Both the position numbers and the translations under genes were made by a program. 64,000 nt of DNA from Candidatus Eiseniibacteriota bacterium (GTDB taxonomy: Bacteria; Eisenbacteria; RBG-16-71-46; CAZAMP01): contig OZ245046.1 of assembly GCA_965224245.1 (NCBI GenBank), forward strand, positions 2,464,001 through 2,528,000. The letters are read 5' to 3'. Below, piece after piece: positions 28,426-37,463 of this stretch. The notes below the pieces were generated by a model, which ran no database searches, was not told the DNA's origin, and worked only from the letters and a program-made list of their open reading frames with translations. Position 1 is the first letter of the stretch. Each line of letters starts with the position of its first letter.

Positions 28426-28809
28426 ATGCGGCTCGAGATTCACAGTCGGAGCTTTCCCCTCACCCCGTACCTCAGTCGCCACGTGGAAGGGCGTGTCCAC
28501 CATGCGCTGGATCGGGTGCTGCCGCGCGTCTCGGTCGTGTCCGTGCGGCTGGCCGACGTCAATGGTCCTCGTGGCGGTAGCGACAAGCACTGCGGGGTGA
28601 CCGTCCGGCTGGCCGACGGCCAGACGGTGGTGATCCGCGAGCTGGACGCCTGCGCCTATCGCGTGGTGGACCGAGCGGTGACTCGCATGAAGCGCCAGGT
28701 CAAGGAGCGGCTCAAGGCGCAGCGCCAGCGGCGGCGCGGGCGTCTGACCATCCGACGTCCGGATCGCGAGCCGGGCGATGACGACGCCGACGCGGCGGCC
28801 GTGGCCTGA
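28426..28809 (+). CDS. HPF/RaiA-like ribosome-associated protein
   Basis: VRLADVNGPRGGSDKHC motif; AAGGAG RBS; divergent from nhaR. Confidence 0.88.
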   Translation: MRLEIHSRSFPLTPYLSRHVEGRVHHALDRVLPRVSVVSVRLADVNGPRGGSDKHCGVTVRLADGQTVVIRELDACAYRVVDRAVTRMKRQVKERLKAQRQRRRGRLTIRRPDREPGDDDADAAAVA

Positions 28810-28870
28810 TCGACGACGATGGGCCTTCGCGGGGGTTGGGCCTTCAACCAACCCCCGCCGCGGCGGGGAT
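28808..28870 (+). repeat. ~60-bp repeat with hairpin, copy 1
   Basis: 27-bp core CGGGGGTTGGGCCTTCAACCAACCCCC (28830-28856) is identical to 29782-29808; 9-bp stem GGGGGTTGG/CCAACCCCC. Confidence 0.9.
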
Positions 28871-28948
28871 CGAGTAACGTCCGGATATTTTTCTTGACAT
28901 TATGCTCGACATGCCCGAGAATGCGGGTCGTTCGAAGGAGGTCCGGGA

Positions 28949-29671
28949 ATGGTGACATCGGATTACGTGGCCTGCATCGCCGCGGTCATCCTGCTGGCGG
29001 CGGTTCCGGCAGCCGCCGAGACGGGGGTCGTCGACCGCTCGTCCAGCGGGTCGAGCGCCGTGTCGCCGTCCTCGGAGCGTGTTCGTTTGGAGGTCGCGCC
29101 GATGTCTGCCGTACACGATCTGGTCGACTTCTCGACGCGTGGCGAGATCGATCGCTGGCGCGTGGTGAACGACGGCGTGATGGGAGGACTCTCGCGGAGT
29201 CGCCTCGTCGCGGTCTCGGATTCCACCGCCGCCTTCGAGGGCGTGCTCTCTCTCGAGAACGACGGGGGCTTCGCGTCGATCCGGCGCGCATCCAGCCGTT
29301 ACGACATGGCGGATGCGAGCGCGATCGAGGTCGTCGTCAGAGGAGATGGCCGACCGTACCAGCTTCGGCTGCGCACGAACGACGGGCTCGATGGGATCGC
29401 GTACCGGGCGACCTTCGACACCGTGCCGGGTGAGTGGCTCCGGATCGCCATCCCGTTCGACGAGTTCGTCGCGAGCTATCGGGGCCGGCGCGTTCCCGGC
29501 GCCCCCTCGCTCGACCCCGCCGACGTGCGTCAGCTGGGGTTTCTGCTCGCGGACGAGCGCCCCGGCCCGTTCAGGCTCGAGGTGCGCTCGGTTCGGGCAC
29601 GCGGGAGCGAGCCCATGGGCTCGGAGGGATCCGACTCGTCGGGCGGCGGGTCGGCAACGGGCGCCACGTAG
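28949..29671 (+). CDS. CIA30 family protein (start uncertain)
   Basis: WRVVNDGVMGGLS, SLENDGGFASIR, RGDGRPY and GPFRLEV motifs. Confidence 0.9.
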   Translation: MVTSDYVACIAAVILLAAVPAAAETGVVDRSSSGSSAVSPSSERVRLEVAPMSAVHDLVDFSTRGEIDRWRVVNDGVMGGLSRSRLVAVSDSTAAFEGVLSLENDGGFASIRRASSRYDMADASAIEVVVRGDGRPYQLRLRTNDGLDGIAYRATFDTVPGEWLRIAIPFDEFVASYRGRRVPGAPSLDPADVRQLGFLLADERPGPFRLEVRSVRARGSEPMGSEGSDSSGGGSATGAT

Positions 29672-29761
29672 GCGCCAGGCGACGGCTCGGGGTCCGACGT
29701 CTCGACGTCAAGGTCTCGAGCACCGCTGCGTTGATGCGGATGCGATGGCCGCCGGTCAGCG

Positions 29762-29822
29762 GATCGACAACAACGGCCTTCCGGGGGTTGGGCCTTCAAC
29801 CAACCCCCCGACGGCGGGGGGA
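29762..29822 (+). repeat. ~60-bp repeat with hairpin, copy 2
   Basis: Direct repeat of 28808-28870. Confidence 0.9.
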
Positions 29823-30057
29823 CGTCTGGTCACCGTGCCGCTGTCGAACCCGACGAGTCTCTCGATGACCCACCAACGTCGACGCCCAGGCGCAGACGTT
29901 CCAGGAGCACTCGGCCTCGTCCCCCTTCTGACCCCGTCTGATGCTCCCTGGCATGTGCTCGCTGCACGACGCGACCTCTCGGCCTCGTCGCTCGAGACGA
30001 TGAGCGGCCACTGCGCCCCGCATCATGCGCTCCGCGGCGTCTGCGTATTCGACGAAC

Positions 30058-30747
30058 TCAGAACACGCCGGCGATGTACGCAAGCCCCATGAGTCCCAGA
30101 ATCGCCGCGCTGATCCTCGGCAGCAGATGTTCGTATCGGTGGAGCCTCTTCTCGAAGCGATTGAGCGTCGCGATGGCCAGGCATGTCAAGACCACGAGAC
30201 TCACGGCCACCGCAATGGCATAGACACCCATGACCAGCCACGCGTTCGCCTTCCCCGCCGCGAGCGCGATGATCGCGAACTCCTCCTCGTGAACGAAGCC
30301 GAGCGCAAACGCAAAGCCGGCGAGACCCATGAGACTCCCGACGGACTTTCCATCTCCGACAGCGTGGTCGTGGTGGTGATGGCCGTGATCGTGGTGCTGA
30401 TCACCGGCGCGGTGATGGTGGTGATGGTGATGATGGTGCCCACCACGCCACTGATGAGCGGCCATGAGCAGAAGCAGTGCACCCGCCACGACGTTCATCC
30501 AACCGAGGGAGTCGAGGTCCCACACGTGGTTCGCGAGCGCATACAGCGCGACGACGGCGAAGGACGACGTGAGGTGCGCAACACCCAGGATCACGGCGGC
30601 CCATATGCCGTACCACCACCGATACCGCTTGCGGAGCGCGAAGATCGCGGCGACCGGCCAGCCGTGCCCGGGCTCCACGCCGTGGAGCATCCCGATCGAG
30701 ATCGCGGTGGCGTAGACGGCAGCCGTCCCCTGGAGTGGCATGCTCAC
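30058..30747 (-). CDS. His-rich nickel/cobalt transporter-like membrane protein (RcnA/UreH-like)
   Basis: GMLHGVEPGHGWP motif, about six transmembrane helices, central poly-His loop; ATGA overlap with the RND gene stop. Confidence 0.8.
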   Translation of the reverse strand: MSMPLQGTAAVYATAISIGMLHGVEPGHGWPVAAIFALRKRYRWWYGIWAAVILGVAHLTSSFAVVALYALANHVWDLDSLGWMNVVAGALLLLMAAHQWRGGHHHHHHHHHRAGDQHHDHGHHHHDHAVGDGKSVGSLMGLAGFAFALGFVHEEEFAIIALAAGKANAWLVMGVYAIAVAVSLVVLTCLAIATLNRFEKRLHRYEHLLPRISAAILGLMGLAYIAGVF

Positions 30748-33700
30748 CTCCCGGCGTGATCGAGTGTCTCGGTTGCGCGGTCCGACGTCAGATCCGAGCC
30801 CGCCCAGCGAGTGAACAGGACCGGTACCAGAATCATGTTCAGGAACGTGGAGGTCAGAAGACCCCCGATCAGGACCTCGCCCATCGGGCTCTGGATCTCG
30901 TTCCCCGGCTTCGTTCCCGCGAGTACGAGCGGCACGAGCGCGAGTCCGGCGGTCAGTGCAGTCATCAGAACCGGCGCCAGTCGCTCCTCAGACCCCTTGC
31001 GCACGGCCTCCCCGATCTCGAGTCCCTCGCGCATGAGGTCTTGATATCGCGAGACCAGAAGCACGCCGTTGCGCGTTGCGACGCCGAACAACGTGATGAA
31101 ACCCACGAGCGCGGCGATGCTCAGGACCCCCTCGCCGATCGCCACCGCGAAGACACCGCCGATCATCGCCAGCGGGAGGTTGACGAGCACGATGAGCGTG
31201 TGCCGGTGGTTTCGGAAGGCGACGTACAGCAGCGCATACATGGCAATCAAGATCAGAACGGCCAGTAGCATGAGCGTCCGTGCACTCTTGGCGCCCTCCT
31301 CGAACTGACCGCCGTAGCTGATCCGGTATCCTGTCGGGAGGTCCATCGCCTCCGAAACGGCCCGTCGTGCCCGCTCGACCGTGCCAGCCAGATCGGCCCC
31401 CTCGATGTTCGCCGTCAAGACGCCGACGCGCTGCACGTTCTCTCGCCGAACCAGGCTCGGGCCCAGGTCGAAGCGGACCTGCGCGACATCATCGAGTCGC
31501 AGCACCGCTCCGTCGGGCACTACGACCGGGATCTCACCGAGCTGATCTCGATGCTCGCGCAGCCGCTCCGGCAGCGTGACCACGATGCGTGATGGGACGC
31601 CGTGCTCGACGATCTCACCCACCTCCGTACCCTGAAACGCCGCCTCGACGATCTCGGCGAGATCGGATGCACCTAGGCCGTGACGCGCCATGCGCGTGCG
31701 GTCGAAATCGAGCAGAAGCTGAGGGACGCTCGCCTGCTCCTGGTTACTGAGGTCCACGATTCCCGGAACTCCGCGCACGATCTCCTCCACGCGGCTCGCG
31801 ATGCCGCGGATCACCGAGAGATCGGAACCGAAGACCTTGACGGCGAGATTCGACTTGCTGCCCGAGATCATGTGATCGATCCGGTGACTGATCGGCTGCC
31901 CGAAGCTGACCGTCGCGCCGGGAATCATCGCGACCGCATCTCGCATCTCGGCAAGTAGCGCTGCCTTTGGCCGCCCTTCCTGGAGGACGACTTCCATCTC
32001 CGACGCGTTCACGCCCTGCACGTGCTCGTCCTTCTCCGCCCGACCCGTACGACGGCTCGTGGAGACGACCTCGGGAAACGCGAGAAGCGCCGCCTCGACC
32101 GCACGGCCCACCTCGTCGCTGTCCTCCAGCGTGATCCCGGGAGGGTTCACGACCGAGACAGTCATCGATCCCTCGTTGAAGGGCGGGAGGAAGCTCCGTC
32201 CGAGAAACGGCAACACGACCAGCGCACCCAGGAGCAACGCGCTCGTCGCGCCGAAGACGATTCGTGGGCGGGAGAGGACGCGTTCCAGGACCCGGCGATA
32301 CCGGGCACCGACCCACCGCATCAGCCATGGCTCCGGGGCCGTGAGCACCCGGGGCGAGCGCAGGAAGAACCAGCATAGAACCGGTGTCACGGTCACGGAC
32401 ACGAGGAGCGACGCCGCCAGGGCCACGACGTACGCGAGGCCGAGCGGCCGGAGCAGGCGGCCCTCCATCCCCGGAAGGAAGAACAGGGGCACGAACACGA
32501 GAACGATGATGATCGTGGCGAAGAAGATGGCATTGAGCACCGCCGACGCCGCCTCGTGTATCACCCGCAACGAGGGTCGACGCGCGTCCGGGGGCCGTGT
32601 CTGCTCCTCGCGGAGGCGCCGGAATGCGTTCTCCACGACGATGATGGCGTCGTCGACGAGTGCGCCGATCGCGATCGTGAACCCGCCGAGCGTCATCGTG
32701 TTGATGGTCTGACCGAATGCCGATACGACGAGTACGCCGGTCACCAGTGACAGGGGCAACGCCAGCGTCGAGATCAGCGTCGTGCGGACGTTACCGAGAA
32801 ACGCGAAGAGAATGAGAACGACGAGGATCGCACCGTGCAGCATCGCTTCCGAGATGTTGTGGATGGCCGCCTCGATGAAGTCGGACTGCCGGAAGTTCTC
32901 CTTCTCGATCGTCACCCCCCTGGGAAGCGATGGGGCGAGGTCGTCGAGCACGGCGTCGATCTCCTGCATCAGCGCCAGCGTGTTCGCACCGGGCTGCTTC
33001 TGCACGCTGAGGATGACCGCCGGCTTGGTGTTGTAGGCTGCGATCCCGCGCTTCGGCTCCGCACCCACCGAGACCGTGGCGACATCGCCGACCGTCAGCG
33101 GGAGTCCGTCGATCACCCGGACGACGGCGCTCTCGAGGTCCTCCACGGAGCGGGCACGACCGAGCCCACGTACCAGGTATTCTTGCCCACGATCGACGTG
33201 AAAGCCGGCCGCCGGGCTGTGTGTGACCTCGGAGAGGGCACGAGCAATCTCCGCGACGCCGATCCCGTGCTGCATGAGCGCGGCCGGCGAGAGCTCGACC
33301 TGAAACTCGCGCACGTCACCGCCGATGGGCGTCACCTGCGAGATTCCGGGAACGGCCAGCAGGCTGCGGCGGAGAACGGTCTCGGCGACACGTCGGAGCT
33401 CACCCTGCGAGATGAGCGCCTCATCGGCGGTCAGCGCGACAAACGTGATCTCGCCCATGATGGAGCTGATCGGTCCCAGCTCCGGGGGCTCCACCTGCTC
33501 GGGCAGCGATACCTTGCCGATGCGCTCCGCGACGACCTGCCGGGCTCGGTAGACGTCCTCTCCCCACTGGAACTCGACCCAGACGACCGAGATGCCCGCG
33601 GCCGAGACCGAGCGCACGCGGCGAAGACCGGGCGCGCCGTTGAGCGCCGACTCGAGCGGGAACGTCACGAGGAGCTCCATCTCCTCGGGGGCCATGCCCG

Positions 33701-33860
33701 GTCCCTCGGTGAGCACGGTGACCGTCGGTGCCGTGAGGTCGGGAAACACGTCCACCGGGATCCGGCCCGCCCAGATCGCGCCCCCCACGAGCAGGACGCC
33801 CGCGACGAGCAGCATGAGACCGCGGTGGTTCAGCGAGAGTCGGATGAGTCGATCGAGCAT
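30744..33860 (-). CDS. CzcA/CusA-family heavy-metal RND efflux permease
   Basis: PVDVFPDL, GALVDDAIIVVEN, ERLAPVLMTALTA motifs; 1038 aa. Confidence 0.95.
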   Translation of the reverse strand: MLDRLIRLSLNHRGLMLLVAGVLLVGGAIWAGRIPVDVFPDLTAPTVTVLTEGPGMAPEEMELLVTFPLESALNGAPGLRRVRSVSAAGISVVWVEFQWGEDVYRARQVVAERIGKVSLPEQVEPPELGPISSIMGEITFVALTADEALISQGELRRVAETVLRRSLLAVPGISQVTPIGGDVREFQVELSPAALMQHGIGVAEIARALSEVTHSPAAGFHVDRGQEYLVRGLGRARSVEDLESAVVRVIDGLPLTVGDVATVSVGAEPKRGIAAYNTKPAVILSVQKQPGANTLALMQEIDAVLDDLAPSLPRGVTIEKENFRQSDFIEAAIHNISEAMLHGAILVVLILFAFLGNVRTTLISTLALPLSLVTGVLVVSAFGQTINTMTLGGFTIAIGALVDDAIIVVENAFRRLREEQTRPPDARRPSLRVIHEAASAVLNAIFFATIIIVLVFVPLFFLPGMEGRLLRPLGLAYVVALAASLLVSVTVTPVLCWFFLRSPRVLTAPEPWLMRWVGARYRRVLERVLSRPRIVFGATSALLLGALVVLPFLGRSFLPPFNEGSMTVSVVNPPGITLEDSDEVGRAVEAALLAFPEVVSTSRRTGRAEKDEHVQGVNASEMEVVLQEGRPKAALLAEMRDAVAMIPGATVSFGQPISHRIDHMISGSKSNLAVKVFGSDLSVIRGIASRVEEIVRGVPGIVDLSNQEQASVPQLLLDFDRTRMARHGLGASDLAEIVEAAFQGTEVGEIVEHGVPSRIVVTLPERLREHRDQLGEIPVVVPDGAVLRLDDVAQVRFDLGPSLVRRENVQRVGVLTANIEGADLAGTVERARRAVSEAMDLPTGYRISYGGQFEEGAKSARTLMLLAVLILIAMYALLYVAFRNHRHTLIVLVNLPLAMIGGVFAVAIGEGVLSIAALVGFITLFGVATRNGVLLVSRYQDLMREGLEIGEAVRKGSEERLAPVLMTALTAGLALVPLVLAGTKPGNEIQSPMGEVLIGGLLTSTFLNMILVPVLFTRWAGSDLTSDRATETLDHAGR

Positions 33861-33868
33861 CGCGTCCC

Positions 33869-35704
33869 TCAGTGCACGTGGCCGTGGCCGACACCCGACG
33901 ACACGAGCGTCGCGCGCCGGATGACCGGACCGCCGACGCTCACGACTCGGTCACCGGCCTCGATGCCGCGCACGATCAATCGATTCCCCTGTCGAGAGAC
34001 GATCTCCACCTCCCGGCGGATGAAGCCCTCGCCGTCGATCTGCTCGAAAACGACGGGCGTCCCCGCATCGTCGACGATCGCGCTCGCGGGGACGATGACG
34101 CCCGAACGCGTCGCCGGCAACGTCACCTCGGTCTCGACGGCGCTTCCGAGGGGAACCGGTGGCGTCCCCGCCACCTCGAATACACAGGCGACGGTTCCGT
34201 TCATCTGGCTCACCTCGGGCGCTCGCGAGACCAGTCGGGCCTCCGACTCCGAGACGATGACGGGCTCACTCATGCCGGCGCCCCGGACCGCGATGCCGGT
34301 CCCGGCGCTCCCGACGTCCATGGCCTGAGCGGGTCGAAGAAACACCTCGATCCAGTAGGGCTCCACCCGTACGACACGCCCCAGCACCTGACCGGCGGTG
34401 ACCACCTCGCCCGGGCGCACGCGAACGTCCGCGACCTGGCCGGTCAACGGCGACACGACCGGTACGCGCTCGCCACTTGCCGCACCGCCGGTGCGCCCGG
34501 CTCGCGCGGTTCGCAGATCACGTCGTGCCGCCTCGTGCTGTGCCTCGAGCGAGGTGACGTCCGCGCGGGCTGCATCGACCTCGGCGCGACTGGTCGCCTC
34601 CACGCGGAGGAGGGACTCCAGGCGAGACAGTCGCTCCTCGGCCAGCGTCAGTGCGATCCTCTTCTCCGTCTCCAGGGCCTCGAGCTCGGCGAGGCTACGA
34701 TCCGACGCGACGTGTGGTGTCAGTGCAAAGAGCTGTTCCCCGGCGGAGACGTCACGTCCGAGGTGAGGCCAGGGCGCCCCCCCGGCGACCGCGTTCATGG
34801 GCGCGGCGAGCACGACCTCCCCTCCGGCGACGGGACGAATGCGACCGGGGCCACGCGCGACGAGGTGGAGTTCGCCTTCGATCGCCCACGTCGTGGCGAA
34901 GCGCGTCTTCCACTGCTGCTCCTTCAGGAATGGAATCACCTCGCGGTCGGGATCCGGCGCGTCGCGCTCCAGGCCACCCGGGCGCTCTGGCGTCCCCACC
35001 CGGACACGACCCGCCGGAATCTCCTCCCGTCGCCCGGCGATCTCGATCCGGAAGAACAGCGCGTAGATCCCCTCGCCGGGCGGGCGCACGGCCACGTCGA
35101 AGATCCCGTCGCGCAACGCGACCTCTTCCCCGAAGACGGCGTCGCTGCCGTCACGACGCAGGATGATCTCGACGAGCCCGTCGCGCATGGGTGAGAAGTC
35201 CCGCAGGATGGTCACGTGCGTGTGAGACTTCGAGACCTCACCGGCGACGAGCGGATCGGCCTCCGCGAAGATCTCGAAGTGCTCTCCCCAGGCCGTCACC
35301 GCCCACGAGTCGTCGTCGCCGTGGTCATGCGCGTCGCCGTGGTCGTGCCCGTCGCCGTGGTCGTGCCCGTCGCCGTGGTCGTGCTTGTCGCCATGGTCGT
35401 GCCCGTGATCGGACTCTTCGTGCGCATGGCCGGGGTCCTCGTCGTCATGATCATGGGAAGCGTCCTGTGCGTGCGCGTCGTCGTGCCCCGAGGGCTCGCC
35501 GTGATCATGCTCGTGCGCATCATCGTGTTCATGGGCGCCCTCGTGTTCGTGACCGTGGTCATCGACCCGAGGAGGGACACGCATGGAGGCCTGAACGACC
35601 TCTGGGCGCTCGCGGCCGTCATCGTCCGGCGGAGCCCCCGCCGGGCCACAGCCAATCACCGCCAGAAGGGGGACGAGCGGCATCAACGCTCGGACAACAC
35701 TCAT
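33869..35704 (-). CDS. RND periplasmic adaptor lipoprotein with a long His/Asp-rich N-terminal tract
   Basis: Lipobox LAVIGC; (DGHDHG)n repeats; VVSPLTGQV...GEVV.AG hairpin/lipoyl motifs; ends GHGHVH. Confidence 0.92.
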   Translation of the reverse strand: MSVVRALMPLVPLLAVIGCGPAGAPPDDDGRERPEVVQASMRVPPRVDDHGHEHEGAHEHDDAHEHDHGEPSGHDDAHAQDASHDHDDEDPGHAHEESDHGHDHGDKHDHGDGHDHGDGHDHGDAHDHGDDDSWAVTAWGEHFEIFAEADPLVAGEVSKSHTHVTILRDFSPMRDGLVEIILRRDGSDAVFGEEVALRDGIFDVAVRPPGEGIYALFFRIEIAGRREEIPAGRVRVGTPERPGGLERDAPDPDREVIPFLKEQQWKTRFATTWAIEGELHLVARGPGRIRPVAGGEVVLAAPMNAVAGGAPWPHLGRDVSAGEQLFALTPHVASDRSLAELEALETEKRIALTLAEERLSRLESLLRVEATSRAEVDAARADVTSLEAQHEAARRDLRTARAGRTGGAASGERVPVVSPLTGQVADVRVRPGEVVTAGQVLGRVVRVEPYWIEVFLRPAQAMDVGSAGTGIAVRGAGMSEPVIVSESEARLVSRAPEVSQMNGTVACVFEVAGTPPVPLGSAVETEVTLPATRSGVIVPASAIVDDAGTPVVFEQIDGEGFIRREVEIVSRQGNRLIVRGIEAGDRVVSVGGPVIRRATLVSSGVGHGHVH

Positions 35705-36918
35705 CGCGAGTCTCCATGGGTGAGAGGGCGGCCCGCGCTGATCTCCAGCCGCCGGTGCGCAAGGAGCGCCTCCTGATACAATTCGAGCGCGCGGCTGCGC
35801 GTCTCGGTGACGGATCGGAGCGCATCCAGGAGATCGGTGAGTGTCGCCTCCCCCGCGCCGAACTGCGCGGTCGCCGCCTCGATGACGGTGCCGGCTCCAT
35901 CCGTGGTCGCCATGACATCGAGAGCCACGGCTCGGAGGGATTCGTAGGCGCTCTTCGCCGCTTCGAGGTCGGAGGCGGCGCGTGCCCGGCCGACCTCGAG
36001 ACGCGCCCGAGCGACCTCCTCGTCCCGACGGGCTCGAGCGCGTTCCCCCTGTTGCCGATCGAACAGGGGGATCGTCCACTCGATACCGAGAACGGGGCCG
36101 TCGACCCCTGCATCGTCATCGTCGACGAACGTCCAGCCCCCGACGATCGATGGGAACTCCAGAAACCGACCGGCGAGGCGTCGTGAAAGCTCCGCCTGCT
36201 CGGCCTCGAGCTGCAACGCGGTCAGATCCGCCCGGGAGGTGGTGTCGAGGAATCCGCTCATCCCCGGCAGCCCGGGCCGAAGCGGGCGACGAGACGTATC
36301 CAGCCCTGGAAACAGCCCCTGGATCTCCGCGGTCACGCGGAGCAGCTCGGCTTCCGAGGTGGCAAGCGCGCTCCGGGCCGCCGCGGCCTCCAGCTCCAGG
36401 CGTCGCGCATCGAGCCCCGACTCCTCTCCGGTGGACGCGCGGGCGCGAGCCCGCACCGCGAGCCGTTCGATGCGATCGCTCACGTCGGCGAGTAGATCTC
36501 GCTCCTCGACGGCGAGCGACCAGCGCGCAAAGAGCTCACGAAGTGCCCCACGAAGGTGGAGCCGATGCCAGTCGAGCCGGTGCTCGGCGGCGGCCAATCC
36601 GCTCGCCGCCGCCTCGTTGGCAAGCCCCCTCCGACCGTCGAGCGGCGGTCGCCAGCTCAGCTCGAGCGTCGACTGGGCGGGAGCTCCGTCCGGCGCCTCT
36701 CGCTCGAAGCTCATGCCGGGGTTCTCGGTGCGGGGCGTTCGCCGATCGCCTTCCGCCGCGGCCAGCTCGTCCCGTAACGCCACGGCGGCCGGGTGGTCGT
36801 CCGTCAGGAGCGAGAGGAACGTCTCTTCGGAGATCTCACCGCGGTCGGCGGCTCCGATCGTTGTCGCCAGCATCAGTGCGACGCACGCCGTGCCCGGTGA
36901 CGAGCGTGTCGCTCTCAT
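35701..36918 (-). CDS. TolC-family outer-membrane efflux protein
   Basis: Signal peptide, helical repeats, IPLFDRQQG motif; operon context. Confidence 0.9.
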   Translation of the reverse strand: MRATRSSPGTACVALMLATTIGAADRGEISEETFLSLLTDDHPAAVALRDELAAAEGDRRTPRTENPGMSFEREAPDGAPAQSTLELSWRPPLDGRRGLANEAAASGLAAAEHRLDWHRLHLRGALRELFARWSLAVEERDLLADVSDRIERLAVRARARASTGEESGLDARRLELEAAAARSALATSEAELLRVTAEIQGLFPGLDTSRRPLRPGLPGMSGFLDTTSRADLTALQLEAEQAELSRRLAGRFLEFPSIVGGWTFVDDDDAGVDGPVLGIEWTIPLFDRQQGERARARRDEEVARARLEVGRARAASDLEAAKSAYESLRAVALDVMATTDGAGTVIEAATAQFGAGEATLTDLLDALRSVTETRSRALELYQEALLAHRRLEISAGRPLTHGDSR

Positions 36919-37193
36919 CGCAGATAGGTCCGGATCACGTCGATCAGCTCTTCGGCGGCCGCGGTCTGCTCCGAGGTGGGCGTCCTCTCCGGATCGATGA
37001 CGTGGTGGCGAATGTGCCCCTCCATAACCTGGGCCATCAGCCCGTCGATCGCTCCGCGACACGCGGCGATCTGCTGAAGCGTGTCCGCGCAGTCCCGCTC
37101 CTCTTCGAGATCGCGCTCGATCGCATTCAGCTGGCCGCGGATGCGCCGCACGCGGTTGAGGAGCTTCTTCTTGTCTCGAACCAGGTGAGCCAT
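36915..37193 (-). CDS. RcnR/CsoR/DmeR-family metal-sensing repressor
   Basis: MAH...LLNRVRRIRGQL...C...QQIAACRGA...EGHIRHH, the H-C-H-H fingerprint of Ni/Co sensors. Confidence 0.93.
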   Translation of the reverse strand: MAHLVRDKKKLLNRVRRIRGQLNAIERDLEEERDCADTLQQIAACRGAIDGLMAQVMEGHIRHHVIDPERTPTSEQTAAAEELIDVIRTYLR

Positions 37194-37216
37194 GGGTCCC
37201 TCCTGAGGCCGCGGAG

Positions 37217-37245
37217 AATACTATACCCGGGTATTGTATTGTCAA
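37217..37245 (-). promoter_or_regulatory. Sigma-70 promoter overlapped by an RcnR/CsoR-type operator palindrome
   Basis: Near-perfect palindrome AATACTATACCCGGGTATTGTATT (37217-37240); minus-strand TTGACA (37245-37240), 16-nt spacer, TAGTAT. Confidence 0.85.
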
Positions 37246-37463
37246 TCGGCTGTGGTCGGCGGCATTGTCGCTGGGTCCGCATGGGTCCCAGCCCGGCCGC
37301 GCACTCGGTTCGTTGATCGAGGCACAAGGAGATGTGTAGGAGTGGAGCGTGGTGGACGCTCGCGCAGGAGCGGGTGACGCCGGCCCGGCAGGCCTGGTGT
37401 CCGGTTGGGGATCGGCACGAGTCCCGGGCATCGGAACCTCGAGCCGACGGGGCTGTGGACCGG

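Noticed and set aside
29700-29745. Partial resemblance to a yybP-ykoY riboswitch on the minus strand
   Set aside because: The conserved GGGGAGUAG segment is missing.
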